Counted from the stretch's first letter, positions 17,687-27,209 are shown. The stretch is DNA of 64,000 nucleotides from Parcubacteria group bacterium (GCA_028286605.1 JAQBRE010000002.1:60219-124218); one strand, 5' to 3'. Numbers and translations are program-made. Notes: generated from the sequence alone by a model not told the origin.

Positions 17687-20128
17687 CTAATCCAGCGGGT
17701 GCATATCACCCCAGTTCGGCCCAACCTTCGGCTGCACCAGTAGCGGGATACCGCGCGTCTCTTCTTCCGGCACCACAGACTCCATAATTGCCTGAATCTT
17801 CTTCGCGAGTTCCGTAACGCGGGATTCTTTGATTTCAAAAACGAGTTCGTCATGCACCTGCAGCAGCATGTGCGCATCTTCGGTCGCCTTCTCTTCTTTC
17901 AGCATCTGATCGATATGCACCATCGCGATCTTGATGATATCTGCCTGCGTGCCTTGTATCGGCGCGTTGATAGCCATACGTTCCGCTTGCGCACGTACAT
18001 ACGGAAGCACTGATTTGATACCAGAGAATTCACGACGACGACCGAAGAGCGTTTCGGTGAAGCCCTGGCGGCGCGCAGCGCCGCGCGTTTCTTCCAGATA
18101 TTCTGCAAGACGATTGAAGGTACGGAAATAATCCTCAAGATACTGCTGCGCTTCGCTGGTACTTGTGCCGAGCTGTGCCTTGAGTGCGTTCACACCCATG
18201 CCGTACAAGATGCCGAAGTTCACGATCTTCGCACGGCGGCGCATTTCTCGATCTACCGTATCAGCAGCAACGCCGAAGACTGCGGCGGCAACTTCTGTGT
18301 GTACGTCGCGTCCTGAACGAAAAATCTCTCCGAGTTTCTCGTCTCCGGAAAGTATCGCCGCCAGGCGCAGTTCTATCTGCGAATAGTCGAGACCGAGCAG
18401 TGTGCTTCCTTTTGGCGCAATAAAGGAGTGGCGAATCGCGCGTCCGCGCTCCGTACGGACCGGAATATTCTGAATGCTCGGATTCTGTGTTGCCATACGT
18501 CCCGTTACGGCACCCGTCTGTATGAACTGCGGGTGCAGGCGGTACTCGCTATCAAGCAGCGGCGGAATATTGTCTATGTAGGTACCGAGCAGTTTCTGAA
18601 TCTGGCGATACTCCATGATGTCTTCGATGATCGGATGTTCGCCTTTCAGCTTCTCGAGCTCGCTTTCTTTAGTAGAACGCTGCCCTGTCGCCGTCTTCTT
18701 CTGTGCCTTTCCGCCAGGTGATTTCAAGCCGAGTTCATCGAAGAGCACATCGCCCAATTGTTTCGGCGAAGCGATATTGAATTCGTGCCCGACGATTCCA
18801 TAGATGCGCTTCTCAACCGCCTCCACTTCTGCGTGATAGGCGACGCCGAGCGAGGCGAGTGCTTTCGTATCTATCATCACACCGTGCGTTTCCATTTCGC
18901 GCAGTACAGGAATGAGCGGCTTCTCTATCTTTTCGTACACTTCGTCCAGCTGACCCGTCGTGGCAATCTTCGCTTCAAGCACTTTGTATGCAGCGTCGAA
19001 TGTCTGTGATTTCGTGTACGCAAGGATGTCGTCAATCGCAGGGTTCGTCAGGTCTGAAGCAAGCAGCCACAGCATCACCTGCGCCTCCTGCAAACGCGTC
19101 GGATCAATGTCCGCAGTATCGATAGGGGCGTCATCTTTTTCTTCTTCAGTTACTCCTTCTGCAGGCGCACCACCCTTCTCGAACACCGCACGTGCACGGC
19201 CGCGAAGCGTGCGGAAACCAAGCTCATCGAAGAGCGCGAGCACTTTCGGTAGCGCGCTGCCATCTTTCCAAACGGCTTCTGGAAGCTTGAACGTAATAGG
19301 CGCATCGATGCGAATAGTCGCGAGCATCTTGGAGAAGACCGCATCTTCCTCGTGTTCTTTCAGCAACCCGACGATACGGGGCTTGATTCCCTGTTCGGTA
19401 AACTGCGCCTCATTCTTTTTCAGCTTCTTATAGATATCTTCGATGGAGCCGAACTTCTGAATGAGTTCTGTCGCCGTCTTCTCACCCACACCAGGAATAC
19501 CGATGATGTTGTCCGAGGGGTCGCCGCGCAGTCCTTTATAATCGGCGATCATCTTCGGCGGGAATCCATAGCGCTCTTCCACTGCCTTCTCGTCATACAG
19601 AATCGTATCGTTGAGACCTTTCTTGAGCGTGTATACCTTCACGCGATTCTTCTCGATGAGCTGCATCGTATCCATGTCGCCGGAAGCGATAATGATCTCC
19701 AGATCTTTCTGATCGCGTGTCATGTACGCGATGGTGCCGAGGATGTCATCAGCCTCGAATCCTTCTTTCTCGAAAATAGGTATGGAAAATGCAGCAAAGA
19801 CATTGCGCGAAGTGTTGAGCTGCTTTGCGAGCGCATCATCAAGCGAGGAGCGCGTTCCCTTATATGCTTCGTATGCCTCATGACGGAACGTCGCCTTGGG
19901 TAAATCGTAACAGGATGCGATGTAATCGGGTTTCAAGTCCTGGATGATACGAAGCAGCATCGAAGAAAGGCCGTAGAGAGCGCCAGTTGGTTCACCGGTT
20001 GGCGAACTGAAATCAGGGAGCGCATGATACGCGCGATGAATGATCGCGTGCGCATCAAGCAGGATGAGTCGCTGTTTCTTCACGACCGCTTTCTTCGCTA
20101 CTGGTTTCTTTGCGGGTGCTTTAGGCAT
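17687..20128 (-). CDS. polA: DNA polymerase I (5'-3' exonuclease plus polymerase)
   Basis: 813 aa. N-terminal 5' nuclease region, C-terminal motifs ...RRAKIVNFGILYGMG... and ...QVHDELVFE... Confidence 0.95.
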   Translation of the reverse strand: MPKAPAKKPVAKKAVVKKQRLILLDAHAIIHRAYHALPDFSSPTGEPTGALYGLSSMLLRIIQDLKPDYIASCYDLPKATFRHEAYEAYKGTRSSLDDALAKQLNTSRNVFAAFSIPIFEKEGFEADDILGTIAYMTRDQKDLEIIIASGDMDTMQLIEKNRVKVYTLKKGLNDTILYDEKAVEERYGFPPKMIADYKGLRGDPSDNIIGIPGVGEKTATELIQKFGSIEDIYKKLKKNEAQFTEQGIKPRIVGLLKEHEEDAVFSKMLATIRIDAPITFKLPEAVWKDGSALPKVLALFDELGFRTLRGRARAVFEKGGAPAEGVTEEEKDDAPIDTADIDPTRLQEAQVMLWLLASDLTNPAIDDILAYTKSQTFDAAYKVLEAKIATTGQLDEVYEKIEKPLIPVLREMETHGVMIDTKALASLGVAYHAEVEAVEKRIYGIVGHEFNIASPKQLGDVLFDELGLKSPGGKAQKKTATGQRSTKESELEKLKGEHPIIEDIMEYRQIQKLLGTYIDNIPPLLDSEYRLHPQFIQTGAVTGRMATQNPSIQNIPVRTERGRAIRHSFIAPKGSTLLGLDYSQIELRLAAILSGDEKLGEIFRSGRDVHTEVAAAVFGVAADTVDREMRRRAKIVNFGILYGMGVNALKAQLGTSTSEAQQYLEDYFRTFNRLAEYLEETRGAARRQGFTETLFGRRREFSGIKSVLPYVRAQAERMAINAPIQGTQADIIKIAMVHIDQMLKEEKATEDAHMLLQVHDELVFEIKESRVTELAKKIQAIMESVVPEEETRGIPLLVQPKVGPNWGDMHPLD

Positions 20129-20570
20129 AGGAAATATTTCTACCAGTATCTGCGACTTCGAGCGTTATGCGCGTGCGCACTGTCGGCAATCCGTCTGCAA
20201 CCTGTTCAGGCCATTCAAGCAGAATAAGATTGTGCTTGTCCTGCATGAGTTCATCGAAACCGAGCGGTGGAAGTGAACGTCCGCTTTCAAGCCGATACGC
20301 ATCGATGTGTACCAAGCGTTTGAATCCATGCGAAGCATCTTCAGGAAGTTCATATATTTTCTCCAGAACGAATGTAGGGCTCGTAACCGCTTCGCTGATG
20401 CCGAGCGCGCTTGCGACTCCTTGCGTGAACGACGTCTTCCCTGCTCCCAGCTCGCCAGAAAGGGTCACGAGCGTGGCGCTGGCTTCCGCAGGCGCCAGCG
20501 TATCCACGAAACGCACGGCTTCAGCCTGCAGCGCAGCCAGGTCAACAAGGTTCTTCGAAACGTTCTCCAT
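20121..20570 (-). CDS. tsaE: tRNA threonylcarbamoyladenosine biosynthesis protein TsaE
   Basis: ...VTLSGELGAGKTSFTQG... P-loop in a ~150-aa protein. Overlaps the polA start by 8 nt. Confidence 0.85.
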   Translation of the reverse strand: MENVSKNLVDLAALQAEAVRFVDTLAPAEASATLVTLSGELGAGKTSFTQGVASALGISEAVTSPTFVLEKIYELPEDASHGFKRLVHIDAYRLESGRSLPPLGFDELMQDKHNLILLEWPEQVADGLPTVRTRITLEVADTGRNISYA

Positions 20571-20657
20571 AATATAGAAATTGTACCCTTGAATAGAAAA
20601 AACGCCTGCTCCCTCTCCGAAGAGAAGAAACAGGCGCTTGGCGAATCACCAGGATGA

Positions 20658-21311
20658 TCAGTGATGGCCGCTGAATGCGCTCGCTAGGACAGCGACGCCG
20701 ACACCAGCCACAACAGTGCCAACGATGACCTTTTCGGTCTTGGTCGCCGGCCGATAGTCGGGGTAGCCATAGGACTCGTAACAGCAGTCTAGACGATTCT
20801 CCCACCGATAGGGGTGAAAGGGCGCATCTCGCCACTGGTCGCTGAAGTTGACCCAGAGGGTGTATCCGTCCTTGTGCCTGTTAGTACGTTCGTACCGCGG
20901 GTCCAGCATGTGCTGGGTATCGTCGACCCAGAAGCTATATATGTCCGGACCCGGATAGGTCACCTGGCGAGCGACTTGAGTCGGCGCCGAATCAGAGGCG
21001 TGGAACTGAAGGTCGCTTTGCGGCTGCGGCATTTCGTCCGAAGCCTTGGGCACGCCCGGTTCCCTGAAGTATCCGCAGCTGTGCCACTTCTGATGCGTGT
21101 CTTCCGCATAGTACTGGCAGGCGCGGAAGGCATGATCGCCTTCTTGAGCCTTGTCCGGCGGCATGATACTGAACAGCACGGGCTTGGCCGCGCCTTCCTG
21201 GGTGTACCAAGCACGGTCCTTCAGCGTTGTCGCGGAGGCCGAAGCCGCCGAGGCAAAGCAGAGGGCGCCGAGCAGGCCGGCGATGATCATCTTCGTGTTG
21301 GAAAGGTTCAT
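20658..21311 (-). CDS. Hypothetical secreted protein (Trp/Tyr/His-rich), in a GC-rich gene
   Basis: Signal peptide MIIAGLLGALCFASAASASA. The gene is noticeably more GC-rich than its surroundings. Confidence 0.55.
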   Translation of the reverse strand: MNLSNTKMIIAGLLGALCFASAASASATTLKDRAWYTQEGAAKPVLFSIMPPDKAQEGDHAFRACQYYAEDTHQKWHSCGYFREPGVPKASDEMPQPQSDLQFHASDSAPTQVARQVTYPGPDIYSFWVDDTQHMLDPRYERTNRHKDGYTLWVNFSDQWRDAPFHPYRWENRLDCCYESYGYPDYRPATKTEKVIVGTVVAGVGVAVLASAFSGHH

Positions 21312-21380
21312 TTGACTTGGTCTCCCTAGTGGAAATTCAGGTTGTTGGTTCGTATATGAATATATACCATAAATCCTAAA

Positions 21381-23099
21381 ATGTCAATAGCCCATACGGC
21401 AGCCTTGTGTGGTGGTATCATGCCTATATTCATTCATATGCACGCCCAATTCGACACTGAAGCCGAGGACGCGAAGCTCAAGAATCTGCGCGAACGCGAG
21501 GAAGAGGACCTTGCGCAGGTACTTTCTGAAAAATACGGCATTCCGTATACCGATCTCTCGCTTATTCCGGTGAACGCAGATGCATTGCGCATCATTCCCG
21601 AAGCAGATGCCAAAGCAGCGCAGGCTGTCGCCTTCGAGAAGAACGGCAAGCATCTTTCAGTGGCGCTGCGTAGTACCGAGGTTGATGCAACTCATAAGCT
21701 GCTTGAACAGCTCGAGCAGGAGGGATACATCGTTGAGAAGTTTCTTATCTCTGAACGCAGCCTCGCGCTAGCGTTTGAGCATTACAAGGATCTTTCATAC
21801 GCGACGCAGTCTAAGGAAGGCACGTTCAATATCGGCGAGGCGGAGCGCTCTTCCCTTTCAACGCTTGCAGGCTTGCGTACCTATTTAGACGAGTCGCTTT
21901 CAGTGAAAAAGACGATGCAGATATCGCATGTGTTCGAGGGAATACTCGCATCCGCACTCGCGCTCAAGGCGTCTGACATACATTTCGAACCGGAAGAAGA
22001 GACGGTTCGCATGCGCCTCCGCCTTGATGGCCAGCTCACTGATGTCTACGCGTTCGAGACGCACTCATACCACCTTCTTGAATCGCGCATCAAGATTCTC
22101 TCTGGCTTGAAATTGAACGTAGAGAACCGCGCGCAGGATGGCCGCTTCACGGTTGCCATTCACGGTATTGAAATCGAAATACGCACGTCGATAATCCCCG
22201 GAAACTACGGAGAGTCCATCGTGATGCGTATCCTCGATCCGAACGCGATCAATCGCACACTAAGCGAGCTCGGCATCCATCCGAAACTGCTTGCACGCCT
22301 TGCGACGGAAATTCATCGTCCGAACGGCATGCTTCTTAATACCGGCCCGACGGGTTCTGGAAAGACCACGACGCTCTATACCTTCCTGCAGGAAGTACAT
22401 GCGCCGGAAGTGAAGATAATAACGATCGAGGATCCGGTTGAATATCACTTGCCTGGCATCGTGCAGACACAGACTGATGAGAAGGACTACACCTTCGCGC
22501 TCGGTCTTCGTTCTATCCTTCGTCAGGACCCTGATGTGATCATGGTGGGAGAAATCCGCGATGCAGAAGTCGCTGAAACAGCCATTCAGGCGGCACTTAC
22601 CGGACACTTCGTATTCACGACGCTGCACACGAATGATGCTGCAGGCGCCTTCCCTCGCCTGTTCGATCTTGGCGTTGACCCCAAGACGGTGCCGTCTGCC
22701 GTTTCTGTGGCGATGGCGCAGCGCCTTATACGTACGCTTAATCCCGAAACGCGCACGATGCGCGCAACGACTGAAGAAGAGAAGCAGACGATCAATCGAA
22801 TTTTCTCTACGCTTACAGACACATCACTTATGCCTGCGTCTATCGAACAGGTCGGTATGGCGAATCCGAATGGTGCGGATGATTCAGGATACAAAGGACG
22901 TATCGGCGTATACGAGGCGATTTTCATGGACGACCAACTCGCTGAATTCCTTCGAACAGCACCGTCTGCAAGCGACATCGCGAAAGAAGTTGCACGACAA
23001 GGGTTCCTCACCATGGCGCAGGACGGCGTATTGCGTGCACTCGCCGGCGAAACGACGCTTGAAGAGGTGTTTAGCGTCGTTGATGTGCCGCGCGGCTAG
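21381..23099 (+). CDS. pilB: Type IV pilus / type II secretion assembly ATPase (PilB/GspE family)
   Basis: Walker A LLNTGPTGSGKTTTLY, Asp box and His box ...VGEIRD...TGHFVFTTLHTN... The real start may be an internal Met at 21420 or 21438. Confidence 0.9.
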   Translation: MSIAHTAALCGGIMPIFIHMHAQFDTEAEDAKLKNLREREEEDLAQVLSEKYGIPYTDLSLIPVNADALRIIPEADAKAAQAVAFEKNGKHLSVALRSTEVDATHKLLEQLEQEGYIVEKFLISERSLALAFEHYKDLSYATQSKEGTFNIGEAERSSLSTLAGLRTYLDESLSVKKTMQISHVFEGILASALALKASDIHFEPEEETVRMRLRLDGQLTDVYAFETHSYHLLESRIKILSGLKLNVENRAQDGRFTVAIHGIEIEIRTSIIPGNYGESIVMRILDPNAINRTLSELGIHPKLLARLATEIHRPNGMLLNTGPTGSGKTTTLYTFLQEVHAPEVKIITIEDPVEYHLPGIVQTQTDEKDYTFALGLRSILRQDPDVIMVGEIRDAEVAETAIQAALTGHFVFTTLHTNDAAGAFPRLFDLGVDPKTVPSAVSVAMAQRLIRTLNPETRTMRATTEEEKQTINRIFSTLTDTSLMPASIEQVGMANPNGADDSGYKGRIGVYEAIFMDDQLAEFLRTAPSASDIAKEVARQGFLTMAQDGVLRALAGETTLEEVFSVVDVPRG

Positions 23100-23162
23100 T
23101 TTTGATTCAAACTTTTAATTTGCTATACTGAACAGGTCTTGATTCGTTCAAGACACTTTTGG

Positions 23163-23588
23163 CTAGACCACGACCCGCGCAGGCAACTGCGCGGGGTTGA
23201 TTTTATGTAATGTGGCGTATGCATCGGTGATTTTATTCTGATCTTCTTTGCTGACCTGTTCCACTCTTTGAGTTAGTCGTCGATAGTCCAACGTCTGACC
23301 TTGGGCAATTACAACTACTCGCTTCTGCCCCTGCATTTTAATAGGAACGTACCAACTGCCTTCTTTTGATTTACTGGTGATAGGTAGTGCGTGGTACGTA
23401 TACTGATTATATTTTTTGAAGATATAAACTGGTCGAGTAAATCCTTCGCCCTTTCCGCTTAATTCATGGCCAATATTTTCACCAAAGTGCGACCACCAAA
23501 TCTCTCCCTCCTTAAAGAAAGGTGGCTGGGTGTTTTTCGAATCAAGGTGTTCCTTAACTCGGAACCAGTTGAAGAATCTCTTTATCAC
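23163..23588 (-). CDS. MazF/PemK-family endoribonuclease toxin-like protein, no adjacent antitoxin ORF
   Basis: ...KEGEIWWSHFGENIGHELSGKGEGFTRPVYIF...LPITSKSK...VPI...RVVVIAQGQTLDYRRL follows the PemK/MazF consensus (GxIwxvdFxPxxGxExxGxRPxxV...PxTS...R). Confidence 0.7.
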   Translation of the reverse strand: MIKRFFNWFRVKEHLDSKNTQPPFFKEGEIWWSHFGENIGHELSGKGEGFTRPVYIFKKYNQYTYHALPITSKSKEGSWYVPIKMQGQKRVVVIAQGQTLDYRRLTQRVEQVSKEDQNKITDAYATLHKINPAQLPARVVV

Positions 23589-23637
23589 CGGCAGAGCATA
23601 GCAGAGCGAGATAGGAGAAAAATCAACGAAAGATAAA

Positions 23638-23675
23638 GAAAAACCGCCGCTCGTTAGAGCGGCGGTTTTTCTTTT
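23638..23675. terminator. Bidirectional rho-independent terminator
   Basis: aaaaaCCGCCGCTCgttaGAGCGGCGGtttttctttt. Confidence 0.65.
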
Positions 23676-23687
23676 AGGAGATCCTGC

Positions 23688-23830
23688 ACACTACCCTCCA
23701 GGCACTCCGTTCTATAAATAGAACGGCGGACGAATCGCCTGAGGAACAACCCAGCGAGCTCACTACGAGGTGAGAACCAGATAATCCTTGGGGAAGCGCC
23801 CCGAAGCCGTCAAGCCTTGCCTAGAGGGTG
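23688..23830 (+). ncRNA. Candidate structured RNA element / structured leader upstream of ruvB (identity unknown, strand assumed)
   Basis: Long-range pairing CCCTCCAGGCA (23700-23710) with TGCCTAGAGGG (23816-23826) encloses at least three local hairpins: CCGTTCTAtaaaTAGAACGG, CTCACtacgagGTGAG and TTGGGGaagcgCCCCGAA. Confidence 0.3.
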
Positions 23831-24913
23831 GTATGCGGGATGAAAAAGAAAGACCTTGCACAGGTGCAAGGTACGTATGAGGCGAAACCCTCATGTGATA
23901 CAATGCTAGCACACCCTCTTTTTATGTCAAGTAGCTCCGACGACACAGCCCTTCCTATCAAGCTTCGCGACCAGGCGCTCGATGCAGCGCTCCGTCCTTC
24001 ACTGTGGGATGAATACGTGGGCCAGGGGCATGTGAAAGACAACGTACATATCGTTCTGGAGGCCGCGAAGATGCGCGGCGATATGCCAGAACACCTTTTG
24101 TTCTATGGACCTCCTGGCGTCGGGAAGACAACGCTCGCGCATTTGATCGGGAAATCACTCAACGCGCCAGTGAAGACTACTTCCGGTGTTGCGATAGAGC
24201 GTGCAGGCGATCTTGCTGCGATTCTCACTAACCTTGAACCAGGAACCGTGCTCTTCATCGACGAGATCCATCAGCTTTCGAGCAAGATCGAGGAGCTCCT
24301 CTACCCTGCTCTCGAGTCTGGCTCGCTCGATATAATTCTCGGCAAAGGGCCTAGCGCACGTACGGTTGAGCTTTCGCTTCCGCCATTCACTTTGGTTGGT
24401 GCAACCACCCGCGTCGCCCAACTTTCCGGTCCGCTTCGCTCACGTTTCGGCGGCGGCGTGTATCAGCTGGATTTCTATTCCGACGAAGACCTTCGCGCGA
24501 TTGTCGCGCGTTCCGCGAAGCTTTTGAATATGGAAATCGGTGCAGACGTCATCGACAAGATAGCGCGGCGAAGCCGCGCTACGCCGCGCGTCGCTAACGC
24601 GCTCCTAAAGCGTGTCCGCGATTTCGCGCAGGTTCATGAGAAGCCGCTTACCGCAGAAGTCTGCGACGAAGCATGCCGTCTTTTCGGCATCGATTCGCTT
24701 GGCCTTACCAAAGATGACCGTCGCTACATGGAAACGCTTCGTGATTCGTTCAAGAGCGGTCCTGCTGGTGTTCGCGCCCTCGCAAGCGCGCTGCATGAAG
24801 ATGCAGACACCGTGGAAAACCTATACGAACCCTATCTCCTTCGCCTAGGCTTCATTGAGCGCTCCTCACGAGGTCGCATCCTCACTACGAAAGGAAAAGA
24901 GTATCTAGGCTGA
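23828..24913 (+). CDS. ruvB: Holliday junction DNA helicase RuvB
   Basis: ...LRPSLWDEYVGQ...LLFYGPPGVGKTTLA...LFIDEIHQL... The true start is probably an internal Met (23903 or 23924). Confidence 0.9.
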   Translation: MVCGMKKKDLAQVQGTYEAKPSCDTMLAHPLFMSSSSDDTALPIKLRDQALDAALRPSLWDEYVGQGHVKDNVHIVLEAAKMRGDMPEHLLFYGPPGVGKTTLAHLIGKSLNAPVKTTSGVAIERAGDLAAILTNLEPGTVLFIDEIHQLSSKIEELLYPALESGSLDIILGKGPSARTVELSLPPFTLVGATTRVAQLSGPLRSRFGGGVYQLDFYSDEDLRAIVARSAKLLNMEIGADVIDKIARRSRATPRVANALLKRVRDFAQVHEKPLTAEVCDEACRLFGIDSLGLTKDDRRYMETLRDSFKSGPAGVRALASALHEDADTVENLYEPYLLRLGFIERSSRGRILTTKGKEYLG

Positions 24914-24914
24914 T

Positions 24915-25211
24915 CTACGCAGACACCTGAACGCCGTTCCAGAATGCGACGTAGTTCGTGAAATCCTTCCCCACTTTCTCAATAGAGCCGTCTTTCGGCT
25001 CAGGATAATACCACGCAGCATTCTCGTTACGTTCTCCATTCACCACGACGGTGTAGTAGTGCGCGAGTCCTTTCCATACGCAGACGCTTGTGTGGTCCGT
25101 CTTCTCAAGCAGTTCCATCTTCACGGAGCTTGGCGGAAAGTACTGGTTCCCTTCTATCTCGATAGTTTCGTCGCTTTCTGCTATCACTTCATTGTTCCAG
25201 GTGGCTTTCAT
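24915..25211 (-). CDS. DUF427 domain protein
   Basis: ...IEIEGNQYFPP...TSVCVWKGLAHYYTV...AAWYYPEP... matches the DUF427 consensus. Confidence 0.7.
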   Translation of the reverse strand: MKATWNNEVIAESDETIEIEGNQYFPPSSVKMELLEKTDHTSVCVWKGLAHYYTVVVNGERNENAAWYYPEPKDGSIEKVGKDFTNYVAFWNGVQVSA

Positions 25212-25837
25212 ACGCAGACTGCTTCTGTCTTTTTAATCGCTGCTTTCACCGCCGGGCGCGAATCCATTTCATCGAACCAGCGTGATACGTTCGGATATTC
25301 TCCAAAATCAATAATATCCATGGTCTTTGCTGCGCGTATCCACGGCCACGTCGCCATGTCTGCGATCGAATATTCATTCGCGAGGTAGTCCCCTTTCGCG
25401 AGTTTCACATCGAGTACGGCAAACAATCTCTTCGCTTCATTCGTATAGCGATCGATCGCATACGGAATCTTTTCTGGTGCGAATCGCACGAAGTGCGCGA
25501 GCTGGCCGAGCATCGGTCCGACACCTGCCATCTGGAACATGAGCCATTCCATCACTTCATATTTTTCTCGCGCATCTTTCGGCAAGAATTTACCGCTCTT
25601 TTCAGCGAGGTATTCAAGGATCGCTCCGGATTCGAATATCGTGAGCGGTCCGCCTTGCGCATCTTCATCTACGAGCGTCGGAATCTTGCTGTTGAGATTC
25701 AATACTAAATATTCAGGCGTCTTCTGTTCTCCTTTCGATATGTCGATCGGAATAAGTTCATACTCAATGCCAAGTTCCTCTAGAAGGATGGGAACTTTAA
25801 AGCCATTCGGTGTCTTCCAGGTATAGAGTTTCAGCAT
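25208..25837 (-). CDS. Glutathione S-transferase family protein (Nu-class/YfcG-like)
   Basis: MLKLYTWKTPNGFKVPILLEELGIEYELIPIDISKGEQKTPEYLVLNLNSKIPTLVD... thioredoxin-like N-domain and GST C-domain. Confidence 0.8.
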   Translation of the reverse strand: MLKLYTWKTPNGFKVPILLEELGIEYELIPIDISKGEQKTPEYLVLNLNSKIPTLVDEDAQGGPLTIFESGAILEYLAEKSGKFLPKDAREKYEVMEWLMFQMAGVGPMLGQLAHFVRFAPEKIPYAIDRYTNEAKRLFAVLDVKLAKGDYLANEYSIADMATWPWIRAAKTMDIIDFGEYPNVSRWFDEMDSRPAVKAAIKKTEAVCV

Positions 25838-25904
25838 AAAAAAGAATAGTTACGGCTATGCGCTAACTGTACTCTCCACTCAATGAAGGTCTCGTGGGGG
25901 ATAA

Positions 25905-26657
25905 CTACGAAGCGAGCCTGCGTTTCTCTTCTTCCTTGTGCGTAAGCGTAAGGTAGCCGACGAAACCGATAATCAAGATAAGGAGCGCAAGGCTGACAGG
26001 GCCAGTGCCCCAGCCAAGACCGCTGCGCGCAGTTGAAACGCCCATCCAGTCTGCGAAAGAAGCCCCGAGCGGGCGCGTAACGATATAGGCGAACCAGAAT
26101 GCGAGTATCTCGCTAAGACCGAACCAGTAGTACGCAACCAGTGGAATAAGAATGATTATCGCGAACACCACGCCTGAGGTGAAATATCCCAAATGAAGAG
26201 TGGCAGCGGTCATGTCGCCGGTTGCAGTGCCGAGCGCGAACGTGGTGAGAACTGTTGCCCAATAAAATAATTCCCGTCGAACCGTCGTTATGGAGTGAAT
26301 CGAAAGAGTCCTCTCGGTCCTGTGCCAAACAAAAAATATAACCGCGAGAACAATTCCGAAGAAGATTGTGGAAACAAGATACGGAACGCCAAGGACCACG
26401 TGCACCAAATCTGCAGCCATCGTTCCGAAGATACTCACCATCACCACAGCGAACCAATATATGGATGGTATGTATTTTTTAGCTGAAAATTGAAAGACGA
26501 ATGCGACGATAAGACCGATGCCCGCGATAATTACGCCCGTAACAGGGACGAAGTGCGTTACGAGCCAGTCTGAAGTCGTTTCGCCCATACCCGTAGTCAA
26601 GATCTTCGTTATCCAGAAAAATACGCCGATCGCAGGAACTTTGATTCGCTTTAGCAT
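25905..26657 (-). CDS. Polytopic membrane protein (about 8 TM, internal repeat)
   Basis: 250 aa, hydrophobic throughout, with two similar halves. Confidence 0.55.
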   Translation of the reverse strand: MLKRIKVPAIGVFFWITKILTTGMGETTSDWLVTHFVPVTGVIIAGIGLIVAFVFQFSAKKYIPSIYWFAVVMVSIFGTMAADLVHVVLGVPYLVSTIFFGIVLAVIFFVWHRTERTLSIHSITTVRRELFYWATVLTTFALGTATGDMTAATLHLGYFTSGVVFAIIILIPLVAYYWFGLSEILAFWFAYIVTRPLGASFADWMGVSTARSGLGWGTGPVSLALLILIIGFVGYLTLTHKEEEKRRLAS

Positions 26658-26663
26658 GCTCGA

Positions 26664-26846
26664 TTACTGATTGATTTTATTTTTAAACAAGGACTGTATC
26701 GACAAGCCTATCACCAGGATACTTAAAAAGCCTGTCAGGTATTCAGTCATGGTGTGTGCCTCACCAGTCTTAAGTAGATCATGGAACATGAGAAAATCGA
26801 CAAGCAGAAACCCGATGATAAGCACCACATCAATTAGTTTTTTCAT
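26664..26846 (-). CDS. Small 2-TM membrane protein, apparently co-transcribed with the downstream polytopic membrane protein
   Basis: 60-aa ORF MKKLIDVVLIIGFLLVDFLMF... ending 6 nt before the next gene. Confidence 0.4.
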   Translation of the reverse strand: MKKLIDVVLIIGFLLVDFLMFHDLLKTGEAHTMTEYLTGFLSILVIGLSIQSLFKNKINQ

Positions 26847-26957
26847 ATACCTAGTACTACCGGTCTTGCGTATGTAAGGTTGCTAGCTGTCTGGGACAAT
26901 GTTGGAACCTTTATGCAACTGTGTTAGGGTTCTGTCCAGACTGAATAGGAGGTGGTA

Positions 26958-27197
26958 ATGGAAACCAGCAACGTTGACGAATTTCTGGATTCGCTCAAAA
27001 CAAAAGGCGTTCTTCAGAATTCAACACTCGAAACCCTGCTTCGGACAATGGCGAGAAAAGATGTCTCGCTTGGTGCAGGAATACAAGCTGTTCTCACAAA
27101 CGCATTGCAGGAGATGAACGTACGCGAATCCGGCGTCTACACGGCTGCTGCCATAATGATTGGGCTGATCAATTCCATGCCATCTAGCTCTGGTTAA
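26958..27197 (+). CDS. Hypothetical small protein
   Basis: ATG 26958 is preceded by a strong Shine-Dalgarno sequence AGGAGGTG. Confidence 0.5.
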   Translation: METSNVDEFLDSLKTKGVLQNSTLETLLRTMARKDVSLGAGIQAVLTNALQEMNVRESGVYTAAAIMIGLINSMPSSSG

Positions 27198-27209
27198 CAC
27201 TCTGAGCGA

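Noticed and set aside
17899-19903. Multiple plus- and minus-strand ORFs inside polA
   Set aside because: Antisense or off-frame to a highly confident 813-aa DNA polymerase I gene. Their Arg/Ser-rich composition is typical of shadow ORFs.
20814-21329. 171-aa plus-strand ORF opposite the GC-rich secreted-protein gene
   Set aside because: Arg-rich with no signal or motif. The minus-strand ORF has a signal peptide and a sensible start.
23688-23830. Identification of the structured element as SRP RNA, RNase P RNA, tmRNA or 6S RNA
   Set aside because: Too short for RNase P or tmRNA. It lacks the SRP domain IV GGAAG...CAGC symmetric-loop motif and the RNase P P4 AGGAAAGUCCGG motif. Left unclassified.
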